Shown one piece after another: positions 18,174 through 28,730 of a stretch of DNA of 64,000 nucleotides. Under the pieces are notes generated by a model. That model was not told the origin of the DNA and ran no database searches. It worked only from the letters and a program-made list of their open reading frames with translations. The position numbers and the translations under genes were made by a program. The DNA comes from Desulfomonilia bacterium (GTDB lineage: Bacteria; Desulfobacterota; Desulfomonilia; UBA1062): contig JBEKDT010000019.1 in the NCBI GenBank assembly GCA_050014195.1, forward strand, positions 27,973 to 91,972, written 5' to 3'. Each line of letters opens with the position of its first letter. The first letter of the stretch is position 1.

Positions 18174-19403
18174 ATGAAAAAAAAGGTTGCTGTCACCGGT
18201 ATAGGAGTAGTCTCGCCTCTCGGTAGCGATATCAAGACGCTCTGGGACAATCTTATCAATGGTATATCAGGAATAGAGCCCATTGAAGCATTATCGGGCC
18301 TCCCTGCCACGTTCGGAGGCCCTGCCAAGGGATTTGACCCTGGACGCTATTTAAGCCCCAAGGAGATCCGGCATATGGACCGCTTCACCCAGATGGCCGT
18401 TTCCTGCGGTCTTGATGCATGCAGCCAGTCCCATTTAAGCGCTGATTCATACCCCGAGTACCGTATCGGTGTGCTCATCGGGACAGGCGCGGGAGGCATG
18501 ACGACCGTTGAGGAGCAGTTTCCTATTTATTACGTCAAAGGGCACAGGAGAGTATCTCCGCTTACCGTCCCGATGTTCATACCCAACATTGCCTCTGCGG
18601 AACTGGCCATGAAGTTGCGGGTAAAGGGCCCCGGCATGGGGATCTCCTCGGCATGTGCAACCGGCGGGCATGCCCTGGCCGTGGCCATGCGGCTCATCCA
18701 GGCAGGGGACGCCGACTGCATGATTGCAGGAGGGGTGGAGGCATGCCTTACGCCGTTTTCCGTTGCTGCCTTTGCTTCCATGAGGGCACTGTCCACGCGA
18801 AACGATGACCCGACAAGGGCAAGCAGGCCATTTGACAAGGACCGGGACGGTTTTGTCATATCCGAGGGAGGAGCGGCCCTTGTCCTTGAAGATCTTGAAA
18901 AAGCAAAAGCCCGCGGTGCCGAGGTGCTTGCTGTCCTGGCAGGTGCAGGTATGAGCCAGGATGCCTACCATCTCGTTGCTCCGGACCCCGAGGGTGGTGC
19001 TGTTACCCATGCAATGAACCGGGCGCTTGAAGACTCTGGGATTGGCCCTGCAGATATCGGGTACATAAACGCCCACGGCACCTCCACAGAATTAAATGAC
19101 AAGATCGAGACATATGCCATCAAGAAGGTCTTCGGCCGGCGTGCTTACGAGATCCCCATAAGTTCCACCAAGTCCATGACCGGACATCTCATCGGCGGGA
19201 CCGCAAGCCTGGAGGCCGCCATCTGCATCCTTTCCATGCGTGAAGGCATGCTGCCTCCCACTATCAACCTTGACAATCCCGATCCCGAGTGCGATCTGAA
19301 CTACATACCGAATAAGGCACTGAAGGCCTCGGTGTCATACTGCCTCAACAATGCATTTGCCTTTGGCGGCCAGAACGCGGTGCTGGTGATCGGAAAGGGG
19401 TAG
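18174..19403 (+). CDS. fabF: beta-ketoacyl-ACP synthase II
   Basis: SACATG, NAHGTST, KSMTGH, FAFGG. Confidence 0.96.
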   Translation: MKKKVAVTGIGVVSPLGSDIKTLWDNLINGISGIEPIEALSGLPATFGGPAKGFDPGRYLSPKEIRHMDRFTQMAVSCGLDACSQSHLSADSYPEYRIGVLIGTGAGGMTTVEEQFPIYYVKGHRRVSPLTVPMFIPNIASAELAMKLRVKGPGMGISSACATGGHALAVAMRLIQAGDADCMIAGGVEACLTPFSVAAFASMRALSTRNDDPTRASRPFDKDRDGFVISEGGAALVLEDLEKAKARGAEVLAVLAGAGMSQDAYHLVAPDPEGGAVTHAMNRALEDSGIGPADIGYINAHGTSTELNDKIETYAIKKVFGRRAYEIPISSTKSMTGHLIGGTASLEAAICILSMREGMLPPTINLDNPDPECDLNYIPNKALKASVSYCLNNAFAFGGQNAVLVIGKG

Positions 19404-19406
19404 AGG

Positions 19407-19868
19407 GTGCGGGTAGCGGTTGCATGCGATCATGGAGGGTATCCCCTGAAGCAGGCCGTGAAGGATGCCCTTATTGCAGCAGGGGCCGAAGTGACTGACC
19501 TCGGCGCCGAGGTCACGAACTCGGTGGACTACCCGGATTTTGCGCAGAAGGCCGTTACTTTGCTCCTTGAAAAATCATGCGAACGGCTCGTGCTCATCTG
19601 CGGTACCGGCATCGGCATGTCCATCTTTGCAAACCGCATCAAGGGTGTCAGGGGCGCGCTCTGCCATGATAGCTACAGCGCCCGCATGTCAAGGCTTCAC
19701 AATGATTCAAATTGCCTCATTTTGGGCGGAAGGGTTACAGGGCCGGGTCTTGCCGCTGAGATCGTGGAGGTCTGGATGAAGACGGCCTTTGAGGGCGGAC
19801 GCCATGCAACAAGGCTTGCCAAGATCGAGGAACTATCGGAAAAGATCAAAGACTCACATGGGAAATAG
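19407..19868 (+). CDS. rpiB: ribose-5-phosphate isomerase B
   Basis: DHGG, CGTGIG, HNDSN, FEGGRH. Confidence 0.96.
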   Translation: MRVAVACDHGGYPLKQAVKDALIAAGAEVTDLGAEVTNSVDYPDFAQKAVTLLLEKSCERLVLICGTGIGMSIFANRIKGVRGALCHDSYSARMSRLHNDSNCLILGGRVTGPGLAAEIVEVWMKTAFEGGRHATRLAKIEELSEKIKDSHGK

Positions 19869-19878
19869 GAGACTTTTT

Positions 19879-21123
19879 ATGAACCTTGATAATGTTAGAA
19901 AAACCGATCCAGAGGTATATGATGCCATCATGGGCGAGCTTCAAAGACAGCGCAACAAGCTCGAGCTCATCGCATCCGAGAACATTGTAAGCAAGGCCGT
20001 GCTTGAGGCCCAGGGCTGTGTCATGACCAACAAATACGCGGAAGGCTACCCTGGGAAGAGATATTATGGAGGGTGTGAGTATGTGGACGTGGCCGAAGAT
20101 CTTGCCATAGCCCGAGCCAGGCAGCTCTTCGGAGCGGATCACGCCAATGTCCAGCCCCACTCGGGCTCCCAGGCCAACATGGCGGTCTATTTCAGCATCC
20201 TGGAGCACGGCGATACCTACCTCGGTATGAGCCTGCCTCACGGCGGCCACCTTTCCATGGGCTCGCCGGTGAACTTCTCCGGCAAATTTTACAACGTCGT
20301 CGCTTATGGGGTTCGTCAGGACACCCACCGCATCGACTATGACCAGCTCAGAGACCTGGCAAGAAAGAACAAGCCCAAGCTCATCATCGCAGGGGCCAGC
20401 GCCTACCCCAGAATCATAGAGTACAAGACCTTCAAGGAGATAGCAGACGAGGTGGGGGCATACTTCATGGTGGACATGGCCCACATCGCTGGGCTCATTG
20501 CCGCCGGGCTGCATCCGAGTCCGGTGCCGTACGCTGATTTCGTCACTACCACAACCCACAAGACGCTTCGGGGTCCCAGGGGCGGCATGGTCCTCTGCAA
20601 GGAGCAGCACGCAAAGACGCTCAATTCAAAGGTCTTCCCCGGCATGCAGGGCGGGCCGCTCATGCATGTCATCGCCGCAAAGGCGGTTGCCTTCAAAGAG
20701 GCGTTGAGCCCCGAATTCAAGGAGTACCAGTCAAGAATTGTTCGCAATGCCAAGGCCATGGCAGACGAACTGCTTTCACTGGGTTTCACCCTGGTATCCG
20801 GCGGCACGGATAACCATCTCATGCTTGTGGACCTGACAAATAAGGATGTCACGGGAAAGGATGCCCAGGAGATGCTGGACCTTGCCTGGATCACGGTGAA
20901 CAGGAACACCATCCCCTTCGAGACCAAGAGCCCCTTTGTGACCTCGGGCATCCGCATCGGAACGCCTGCGCTTACTACCAGGGGCATGAACGAGGATGAG
21001 ATGCGGCTGGTGGCGCGCATGATCGCACGGGTCATCGATGCCAAGGGTGACGCATCCGTCGTAGAAAAGGTGAGGAACGAAGTGGACGAGCTCACCAGAC
21101 GTTTCCCCATTTACGGCGGGTGA
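19879..21123 (+). CDS. glyA: serine hydroxymethyltransferase
   Basis: [27 protein letters not shown]; AGGAG RBS before ATG 19879. Confidence 0.98.
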   Translation: MNLDNVRKTDPEVYDAIMGELQRQRNKLELIASENIVSKAVLEAQGCVMTNKYAEGYPGKRYYGGCEYVDVAEDLAIARARQLFGADHANVQPHSGSQANMAVYFSILEHGDTYLGMSLPHGGHLSMGSPVNFSGKFYNVVAYGVRQDTHRIDYDQLRDLARKNKPKLIIAGASAYPRIIEYKTFKEIADEVGAYFMVDMAHIAGLIAAGLHPSPVPYADFVTTTTHKTLRGPRGGMVLCKEQHAKTLNSKVFPGMQGGPLMHVIAAKAVAFKEALSPEFKEYQSRIVRNAKAMADELLSLGFTLVSGGTDNHLMLVDLTNKDVTGKDAQEMLDLAWITVNRNTIPFETKSPFVTSGIRIGTPALTTRGMNEDEMRLVARMIARVIDAKGDASVVEKVRNEVDELTRRFPIYGG

Positions 21124-21129
21124 TACGCC

Positions 21130-21591
21130 ATGCGATGCCCCAGGTGTTCGGGACTCGAAGACAAAGTGCTGCAGTCCAGGATCAGCCAGGACGGCATCGT
21201 GATCAGGCGCCGGAGAGAATGCATCACCTGCGGGTATCGCTTTACCACCTATGAGCGCATTGAGGAATTCATCCCGGTGGTGGTCAAGAAGGACGGCAGG
21301 CGTGAGCCCTTCGATGCCGCCAAGGTGGTCGCCGGGATCATGACCGCCTGCGAAAAGCGGCCGGTGAGCATGGAGGCCATAGAGACCGTCAAAAACGCCC
21401 TCATCCAGGACATACAATCCAAGTGGGACAAGGAAGTCCCTTCTTCCTACATTGGCGAGCGGATCATGGAGGCCCTCCACAAGCTCGACCCTGTCGCATA
21501 CGTCCGGTTTGCATCCGTTTACCGTGAATTCAAGGATGTAAGCGAGTTCATGGATGAGATCAAAGGCCTGCGCCGGCCCAGGAAGCGCTAG
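21130..21591 (+). CDS. nrdR: transcriptional repressor NrdR
   Basis: CPRC, IRRRREC..C..RFTTYE, ATP cone, VAYVRFASVY. Confidence 0.97.
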   Translation: MRCPRCSGLEDKVLQSRISQDGIVIRRRRECITCGYRFTTYERIEEFIPVVVKKDGRREPFDAAKVVAGIMTACEKRPVSMEAIETVKNALIQDIQSKWDKEVPSSYIGERIMEALHKLDPVAYVRFASVYREFKDVSEFMDEIKGLRRPRKR

Positions 21592-21606
21592 ATACATTTT
21601 TCAAGC

Positions 21607-22680
21607 ATGGAACAGGATATTTTCTTCATGAGCCAAGCCATTGCCCTCGCCAGGCAGGCCGTCGGCAGGACCGCACCCAACCCGAGTGTGGGGGCATTGG
21701 TCGTGAAGGACGGCCGGGTTGTGGGTAAAGGCTTCCATCCCAAGGCAGGTCTTCCTCATGCAGAGGTCTATGCGTTAAAGGAAGCGCTCGGGAAGGCGAG
21801 CGGCGCGACCCTGTATGTGACCCTGGAGCCGTGCAATCACTTCGGCAAGACCCCGCCGTGTAGCGAGGCCGTTATCAATGCAGGCATATCCCGTGTCGTG
21901 GTAGGGACCCTCGACCCGAACCCGATCGTGGCGGGCAAAGGGGTAGAACGGCTCAAGGATGCAGGTATCCATGTTGAAGTGGGCATATGTGAGGATGAAT
22001 GCAAGGACCTCATCGCCTGGTATGCAACATGGTTGATCAAAGACCGGCCATACGTTATCCTGAAGGCTGCAATCACCCTTGACGGCCGCATTGCAGCGGC
22101 AACAGGCGATTCCAGGTGGATCAGCTCGGAGGAATCCAGGCGCCATGTGCACGAGCTAAGGAACCGTGCAGACGGAGTCATGGTGGGCATCGGCACAGTC
22201 GTCACAGATGACCCGATGCTCACCTGCCGCATGGAGGGAGGCCGTGATCCAGCCAGGATAATCCTTGACCCGGAGTTCAGAGTCCCCAAAGATGCAAGGT
22301 GCCTGGGGCAGGGCTCAGTAGTGTTCACTGCAAAACCGCCCGATACCAGACCGGAGATCATTGAACTGGGCACCAAGGTCGTGCAGATGGAGGCGGACTC
22401 TCCCGGCATGCTCCCCTGGACTTCAATGCTTGAACACCTCGCTAAGATGGGGCTTCACGCCGTTATGGTGGAAGGCGGCAGCCGTGTTTATTCGAGCCTG
22501 CTCAAGAGCGGATATGTGGATAAGCTTCTCCTGTTTATTGCGCCAAGGATCCTTGGCGGAGGCATACCTCTGGTAGATTGGGGTAAACCTGAGCGGATTG
22601 CGGATTCCTTAAAGATTGTGATAACGAAGGTGCATCTTCTGGGCGGGGATATCCTGGTGGAAGGGGCTGTGGAGGGCTAG
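21607..22680 (+). CDS. ribD: riboflavin biosynthesis deaminase/reductase
   Basis: PNP.VG, HAE, TLEPCNH..KTPPC, VEGG. Confidence 0.97.
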   Translation: MEQDIFFMSQAIALARQAVGRTAPNPSVGALVVKDGRVVGKGFHPKAGLPHAEVYALKEALGKASGATLYVTLEPCNHFGKTPPCSEAVINAGISRVVVGTLDPNPIVAGKGVERLKDAGIHVEVGICEDECKDLIAWYATWLIKDRPYVILKAAITLDGRIAAATGDSRWISSEESRRHVHELRNRADGVMVGIGTVVTDDPMLTCRMEGGRDPARIILDPEFRVPKDARCLGQGSVVFTAKPPDTRPEIIELGTKVVQMEADSPGMLPWTSMLEHLAKMGLHAVMVEGGSRVYSSLLKSGYVDKLLLFIAPRILGGGIPLVDWGKPERIADSLKIVITKVHLLGGDILVEGAVEG

Positions 22681-22681
22681 T

Positions 22682-23320
22682 ATGTTTACGGGTATCATCG
22701 AGTCAGTGGGAAAGCTCGTCTCAAAGCGTGTCCATGGCCTGGGTGTCGAGATTGAGATCGATACGGGACTGGATCTGTCGGGTGACGCAAGGGGCGACAG
22801 CGTGGCCGTAGACGGGGTGTGCCTGACCATCACGAAGAAAAAAGGGTCTGTATTTGCAGCCAGTGCCTCACGGGAAACCATCTCCCGCTCCACCCTGGGA
22901 GATATCGGATTAGGCGCCAAGGTAAATATCGAGAGGGCCCTCACGCTCTCATCCCGGCTTGGAGGCCATATCGTGCTCGGCCATGTGGATACCGTGGGCA
23001 CAATCCTCCAGAAGGATCCTGCAGGAGAGTCGATCCGTATGAAGGTGGGCTTTGAGAAGGCCTATGCAAAATATGTAGTGGAGAAGGGTTCAATCGCCCT
23101 CGACGGTGTGTCTCTCACCATCAATGAGATCTTTTCTGAGGCCTTTAGCGTAAACATCATCGAGCATACGGCCCTATCCACTTCCTTGACACTCAAAACC
23201 GCCGGTGTTAGGGTGAATCTTGAATTCGACGTTCTGGGCAAGTATGTGGAAAACCTGCTGAACAAGGACAAAGGCGGCAACCTTCAAGACCTTCTCAAAA
23301 AGCAGGGGTTTCTCAGATAG
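22682..23320 (+). CDS. ribE: riboflavin synthase (alpha chain)
   Basis: MFTGII, GDSVAVDGVCLT, GGHIVLGHVD. Confidence 0.96.
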   Translation: MFTGIIESVGKLVSKRVHGLGVEIEIDTGLDLSGDARGDSVAVDGVCLTITKKKGSVFAASASRETISRSTLGDIGLGAKVNIERALTLSSRLGGHIVLGHVDTVGTILQKDPAGESIRMKVGFEKAYAKYVVEKGSIALDGVSLTINEIFSEAFSVNIIEHTALSTSLTLKTAGVRVNLEFDVLGKYVENLLNKDKGGNLQDLLKKQGFLR

Positions 23321-23332
23321 GAGTAGACCTGT

Positions 23333-24535
23333 ATGCCCACGTGCACCGTGGAAGAAGCGCTTCAAGATCTCAAACAAGGGAGGATGATCATCCTTGTTGA
23401 TGATGAGGACCGTGAGAACGAAGGCGACCTCACCATGGCGGCAGAGTTTATAACTCCTGATGCCATAAACTTCATGGCCAAAAACGGGCGCGGCCTGGTG
23501 TGTCTGGCATTGGATCCGGATATCGCAGACAGGCTCGACCTGCATCCCATGGTCAGAGACAACACGAGCAAGTTCGGGACAGGTTTCACGGTTTCCGTCG
23601 AGGCGAAAAAGGGTGTGACTACCGGCATATCGGCGGCCGATAGGGCCGTGACCATCCGTACTGCCATCGCCCCCGACAGCAGGGCCGGCGACCTTGCGCG
23701 GCCGGGCCATATCTTTCCTATACGCGCCAAGCAGGGTGGAGTGCTCGTCCGGACAGGCCAGACCGAGGGCTCGGTTGATCTGTGCAGGATGGCGGGCTTA
23801 AGGCCTGGGGCAGTGATCTGCGAGGTCATGAACGATGACGGGACCATGGCGCGCATGCCGCAGCTGGAGGTGTTCGCAGCAACGCACGGCCTGAAGATCT
23901 GCACCATTGCCGACATCATAGCCTACCGCATCAGAAATGAGATCCTGGTGCGCGAGGTAGTCCGCGCCAAGCTTCCAACCGAATTCGGCACCTTCGAGCT
24001 TGTTGGCTTTGACAATGACATCGACGACAAGGAACATGTAGCGCTTGTCAAGGGTGATATCACTCCGGATGAGCCGGTCCTGGTCCGTGTCCACTCAGAA
24101 TGCCTTACCGGAGACATGTTTCATTCCATACGCTGCGACTGCGGCGACCAGCTCCACCGGGCAATGGAGATGATCGAAGATGAAGGAAAGGGCGTCATCG
24201 TATATATGCGGCAGGAAGGCCGGGGCATCGGGCTTATCAACAAGCTCAAGGCCTACCACCTCCAGGACAAGGGCCGGGACACGGTCGAGGCCAACATAGA
24301 GCTGGGGTTCGCCCCGGACCTGAGGGATTACGGCATCGGTGCGCAGATCCTTGTGTACCTGGGTGTGCGCAAGATGAGGCTCATGACCAACAACCCCAAA
24401 AAGATCATCGGGCTTGAGGGTTATGGCCTGGAGATCGTCGAGCGGGTTGCAATCGAAATTCCGCCCACACAGGAGAACCAGCGATACTTGAAGACCAAGA
24501 AAGATAAGATGGGACATATTCTGGAGGTGGTATAG
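23333..24535 (+). CDS. ribBA: bifunctional DHBP synthase/GTP cyclohydrolase II
   Basis: [30 protein letters not shown]. Confidence 0.98.
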   Translation: MPTCTVEEALQDLKQGRMIILVDDEDRENEGDLTMAAEFITPDAINFMAKNGRGLVCLALDPDIADRLDLHPMVRDNTSKFGTGFTVSVEAKKGVTTGISAADRAVTIRTAIAPDSRAGDLARPGHIFPIRAKQGGVLVRTGQTEGSVDLCRMAGLRPGAVICEVMNDDGTMARMPQLEVFAATHGLKICTIADIIAYRIRNEILVREVVRAKLPTEFGTFELVGFDNDIDDKEHVALVKGDITPDEPVLVRVHSECLTGDMFHSIRCDCGDQLHRAMEMIEDEGKGVIVYMRQEGRGIGLINKLKAYHLQDKGRDTVEANIELGFAPDLRDYGIGAQILVYLGVRKMRLMTNNPKKIIGLEGYGLEIVERVAIEIPPTQENQRYLKTKKDKMGHILEVV

Positions 24536-25000
24536 ATGGCGCATGTCATTGAAGGCAAACTCCTCGGCAAAGGGAAGAAGGTTGCGATCATAGCGAGCCG
24601 GTTCAACGACTTCATCACTGCGCGGCTCATGGAAGGGGCGCTCGACGCGCTGGGCCGGCACGGGGTCGCCGACAAGGACATTACCATCTACCGGGTACCC
24701 GGCGCATTCGAGATACCATCGGTGGCCAAAAGGCTTGCTGCTCTCGCCGATACCGACGGTATTATCTGCCTGGGTGCGGTCATCAGGGGTTCCACTCCGC
24801 ATTTCGATTATGTGGCCTCCGAGGTAAGCAAGGGCGTAGCCCTGGTGGGGCTGGAGGCCAAGATGCCCGTGATCTTCGGGGTACTTACGACAGACACCAT
24901 AGAACAGGCCATTGAACGGGCAGGAACCAAGGGGGGCAACAAGGGATTTGATGCCGCCATGGCCTTGCTTGAGATGATGGACCTTTTCTCACAGATCTGA
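24536..25000 (+). CDS. ribH: 6,7-dimethyl-8-ribityllumazine synthase
   Basis: [22 protein letters not shown]. Confidence 0.98.
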   Translation: MAHVIEGKLLGKGKKVAIIASRFNDFITARLMEGALDALGRHGVADKDITIYRVPGAFEIPSVAKRLAALADTDGIICLGAVIRGSTPHFDYVASEVSKGVALVGLEAKMPVIFGVLTTDTIEQAIERAGTKGGNKGFDAAMALLEMMDLFSQI

Positions 25001-25009
25001 ATCGTTTTT

Positions 25010-25426
25010 ATGAAGCTAAGAACCCGGGCACGGGAGGTGGCGCTTCAATACCTGTACCAGATCGACATCACCAGCAGCCACACGGAAAAGACACTTAAGG
25101 ATTTCTTTGAGCACTTCGTCGAAGGAAAGGACAAAGATCTTGTCCCCTATGCAAAAGAACTGGTTGAAGGGGTATGCGAGCACCTGCCCCAGATCGACTC
25201 CCTCCTCGAGACTGCCTCAGAAAATTGGAAGGTGAGCCGTATGTCCACCACGGACCGGAACATCCTACGTATCGCCACCTATGAAATGGCATATCGAAAG
25301 GATGTACCCTATAAGGTGGCCATCAACGAGGCCATCGAGATCGCCAAGCGATTCGGGTCTACCCGGTTTCCCTCTTTTGCCAACGGAGTTCTGGACAAGG
25401 TCTGGAACGAGATATCAGCCGAATAA
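25010..25426 (+). CDS. nusB: transcription antitermination factor NusB
   Basis: RTRAREVALQ.LYQ, DRNILR, VAINEAIEIAK, FANGVLD. Confidence 0.96.
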   Translation: MKLRTRAREVALQYLYQIDITSSHTEKTLKDFFEHFVEGKDKDLVPYAKELVEGVCEHLPQIDSLLETASENWKVSRMSTTDRNILRIATYEMAYRKDVPYKVAINEAIEIAKRFGSTRFPSFANGVLDKVWNEISAE

Positions 25427-25477
25427 GATCGAATGCATACGGCGTCAAAACACATGGGAAACCCTTATTTATGTTAT

Positions 25478-25722
25478 GGTTCTTGTCTGTGAAGCGTATC
25501 TTTTAGGAAGCTCTAAAGGTATTTTGAGGCAGATTGTTTTCACCACGAAGGACACGAAGAGCACGAAGAAAATCTAATCAATGCAGAACAAACACTCTTG
25601 CATTCATTGAACTGGTAAGCCATTTCAAAAGATTTCTTTCTTCGTGTACTTCGTGCTCTTCGTGGTAAGGTGTCCCTCTGCATGCTCTCCAATGGTCTGG
25701 GTATGCTTTACTGTGATGAACC
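25478..25722. mobile_element. MITE-like element with inverted 9-mer (CACGAAGrr) arrays, copy 1
   Basis: both ~80-90 bp arms match 61614-61944; imperfect ~22-bp terminal inverted repeats. Confidence 0.8.
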
Positions 25723-25774
25723 TTTTTTATTATTGTATGAGGGGATAAATAGCAGATATTTTTTAAGCCGTAAG

Positions 25775-26479
25775 CTATTTGATCAGCCCCTGGACCCTGG
25801 AGCGCTCGACGATGAGCCCCCGCTGCTTGCTGCCTGTTATATCCAAGTTCCGGGCCTGGACCAGGGTCAGGTCCACTTGGTCGAGCAGAGAATTTGTAAT
25901 ACGTACATCCTCCATGACAGCCCCTGTCAACGAAGCAAGGGTGAGGTTCGATTTGTTCAGTGAGGTGTGCACGATATAGGAAAGCCCGAAGTTTGCCTGT
26001 GTAAGGTCGCATTCGTCAACAATGCAGTTTTCTATGAGGCAGAAGAGGAACCTTGTCTTCTGGAGCCTGGCACCGGTGAGGTCGATGTTTTTGAGCGTGG
26101 AGTGGGTGAAGGTTGCGCCCTCGAAGTTTACCTTCTTAAGCTCTTTATCAGTAATGGTGATGCGGACAAGGTGACTGTTCATGAGCGTAATCCTGTTCAA
26201 GTTGCACGTGCTCAGGTCAACGTCTTTGAGCGCCACTTCAGAAAGGTGGGTACCCGAAAGGTTCGTATTTTTAAAGATCGTATCCTCGAGGATCGTCCTT
26301 TCCAGATGAGATTCCTCGAAGTTGGTGTCCGTGAGGTTCGTCTTGCTCAGGTCCGAGCCCCTCAAGTTGGCACCGCCCAGGTCCAGACCCGACAGATCAA
26401 GCCCCTTGAGGTATTCCCCTTCCACAGGGGTCCCCATGGATATGGCTTCATAAAGCTTGTCTTTGTCGAACAGGTTCAT
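25775..26479 (-). CDS. pentapeptide repeat protein
   Basis: A(D/N)LxG-type 5-aa periodicity throughout. Confidence 0.9.
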   Translation of the reverse strand: MNLFDKDKLYEAISMGTPVEGEYLKGLDLSGLDLGGANLRGSDLSKTNLTDTNFEESHLERTILEDTIFKNTNLSGTHLSEVALKDVDLSTCNLNRITLMNSHLVRITITDKELKKVNFEGATFTHSTLKNIDLTGARLQKTRFLFCLIENCIVDECDLTQANFGLSYIVHTSLNKSNLTLASLTGAVMEDVRITNSLLDQVDLTLVQARNLDITGSKQRGLIVERSRVQGLIK

Positions 26480-27909
26480 TCGCCTGACTCCAATACCTTC
26501 TTGACATCGGAGACTAGTGCGAACTCCGCCTCCGTGATTTGGCCTTCTTTGAGGTAGAAGTGCACGCCGTTCTGTGCACCCGTAATTATCTTGCTTGCCA
26601 TACCGATGTAGATGTTGGTGCGCTCATGGACGGTCCCCTCGATGTAGATGTTGCCCTGGTAGGTCTTATGGATCTTTTCAACGATCTCCATTATCTTGGC
26701 ATTCTGCTGGGTAAGGGTAAGCCTGAGTGTCTCTATGGTATCGAGGATCTTGTTATAGAGCATTTCCTGTTGCCTGCTCAGTTCGCTGGTGGCTTTGAGC
26801 ACCCTCAATTTTGAAAGGGATGACTGGAGCTTGAGCAAGTCCTCAATCTTCTCGGCGATTTCCTCTTTGATCCGATTCTGCTCCTGGTGAAGTATCGGGC
26901 TATGGCCGATACTGAGCTCCGTTTCAACACCTGCATCCTCCTGGCCGGCGGTATGGCAATAGATCCAGCAATCCGAGGAGACCTTGCTTGTAGCAATAAA
27001 GCCGTTGGCATTTTTAATTACGACCGGGCCTATTGCCGAGACCAGGCTGTTGCGGATATAATCATTCACGACGATCTCTTTTTCCGATTTCACATGGGCA
27101 TCCTGGATGAATTTGGTGTGGATGTTCCCATTTGCCGTAATGATAGCCTTTTCCTGACCGAGGATTCCACCGGCTATCTTAATATTGCCTCCGGCCTCCA
27201 GCACCACCCTGCCCACCGTGGTGGCTATGGTGATGTCTTCGTTGGCATGGATCTCGTAACCGTCGCCGACCTCTCCCTGAACCACGACGGATCCGTTGAA
27301 ACGGATGTTACCCACCGATGCATCCACATCATGCACCACATAGCAAGGCTCTACGTTCACGGCGTTTTCCAGCCAGAGGACCATGCCGTCAATGGCGGAA
27401 TACATATGATTCCTGTCAGCCGAGGTCGTCACGTTCTTCCCTGACGGAAGCTTTGCCTCTTTTCCCGGCTTACTCGGCAGCTCCTCTCCTTTAACGCTCA
27501 TGCCGGACTTGCCGGATATGGGGAGGATAAGCTCGCAGAGGATGTCGCCCTTCTTTACGTTCTGGATAAGATGCAGGTCCCTCAGGTTCACCTTGCCGGA
27601 TGCATCTTCCGTGATGTGTGCCTTGGTGCGCTCGGTATTGAAGTGGAATCTGATGGAGCCGTCTTTCCCTTCTTCAGGTTTCTCACCTCTTGCGATGATG
27701 ACCCATTGGTTGAAGACATTTAGGCGAACGAGTTTCTCGACCTCCTCGGGGACGACTCCGAAGATGATCCCATCCTCCTGGATGGCCTTGAGCAGTTCCT
27801 CGACATTGAGGCCGGACACCTCCGGCGATGCCGGGATGATCTTCATGGATGCTACAAGTCCACCCTCGGTGATACTGAACTCGACGCTATAATCCTTATC
27901 CACAAGCAT
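26476..27909 (-). CDS. FapA/DUF342 family protein
   Basis: GIIFG, IARGEKP..GKDG, VKKGDIL, DVDASVGNI.F.GSV.V.G.V, coiled coil. Confidence 0.9.
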   Translation of the reverse strand: MLVDKDYSVEFSITEGGLVASMKIIPASPEVSGLNVEELLKAIQEDGIIFGVVPEEVEKLVRLNVFNQWVIIARGEKPEEGKDGSIRFHFNTERTKAHITEDASGKVNLRDLHLIQNVKKGDILCELILPISGKSGMSVKGEELPSKPGKEAKLPSGKNVTTSADRNHMYSAIDGMVLWLENAVNVEPCYVVHDVDASVGNIRFNGSVVVQGEVGDGYEIHANEDITIATTVGRVVLEAGGNIKIAGGILGQEKAIITANGNIHTKFIQDAHVKSEKEIVVNDYIRNSLVSAIGPVVIKNANGFIATSKVSSDCWIYCHTAGQEDAGVETELSIGHSPILHQEQNRIKEEIAEKIEDLLKLQSSLSKLRVLKATSELSRQQEMLYNKILDTIETLRLTLTQQNAKIMEIVEKIHKTYQGNIYIEGTVHERTNIYIGMASKIITGAQNGVHFYLKEGQITEAEFALVSDVKKVLESGE

Positions 27910-28070
27910 GGATTCGGATTCTTATGCTCAAAACTTTAAAATTTTTAAGGCATTTTTCAGAGGAAAATCTTTCATTCATGAGAGATTACCGTTAAATCCT
28001 CTTTTTTCTTGACTGACACATGTACGTCCCGTACTTCTGTGCGAGATAGTACGGTAAAAGGCGAGGTCTG

Positions 28071-28730
28071 ATGAACATCCGCGACATAGAAAAGCTTACC
28101 ATCAAGGGGTTCCTGGATGCCAGGGAGGGCAGGGCGCTCCATGAACTGGCCCTTGATGCAAGCAAGCACGGGCCCGTGCTTGAAATCGGGGGCTATTGCG
28201 GGAAATCCACACTCTATCTTGGTCTTGCATGCAAGAAAACTGGCGGCATCCTTTTCTCTATTGACCACCACAGGGGCTCTGAAGAGCAGCAACCGGGGCA
28301 GGAGTACTTCGACCCCGAACTCTATGATGAAAAGGAAGGAAAGATAGACTCATTCCGCCTCTTCCGCAGGGCCATCGAGCTCTCAGACCTGCTGGAAACC
28401 GTAGTGCCCATGGTTACCACATCCGCTGTGGCGGTGCGCATGTGGTCAACCCCCCTTTCGATGGTCTTCATAGACGGCTCCCACACCTATCCATCGGCAT
28501 TTTCCGACTATATTTCGTGGTCTTCCCACCTATTACCCGGCGGCATCCTTGCTATCCATGACATCTTCCCGGACCCGGCAAAAGGCGGCCAGGCCCCGCA
28601 TTACATCTATACACTCGCCGCCGCATCCGGTTTGTATGAAGAATTATCCATGGTCAAGACCCTTGGGGTGCTGAAGAAGAGGGGGCCTTCGGATATACCC
28701 CGGGAGCTCTTTTCAAAACGTGATTGGTAG
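28071..28730 (+). CDS. class I SAM-dependent methyltransferase (Methyltransf_24-like)
   Basis: LEIGGYCGKST, DHHRGSEE, FIDGSH, GGILAIHD. Confidence 0.88.
   Translation: MNIRDIEKLTIKGFLDAREGRALHELALDASKHGPVLEIGGYCGKSTLYLGLACKKTGGILFSIDHHRGSEEQQPGQEYFDPELYDEKEGKIDSFRLFRRAIELSDLLETVVPMVTTSAVAVRMWSTPLSMVFIDGSHTYPSAFSDYISWSSHLLPGGILAIHDIFPDPAKGGQAPHYIYTLAAASGLYEELSMVKTLGVLKKRGPSDIPRELFSKRDW

Noticed and set aside
16333-24802. Long antisense and alternate-frame ORFs over the fab/rib genes (and similar shadows elsewhere)
   Set aside because: They overlap well-supported genes, have no recognisable motifs and are expected from GC-rich codon usage.
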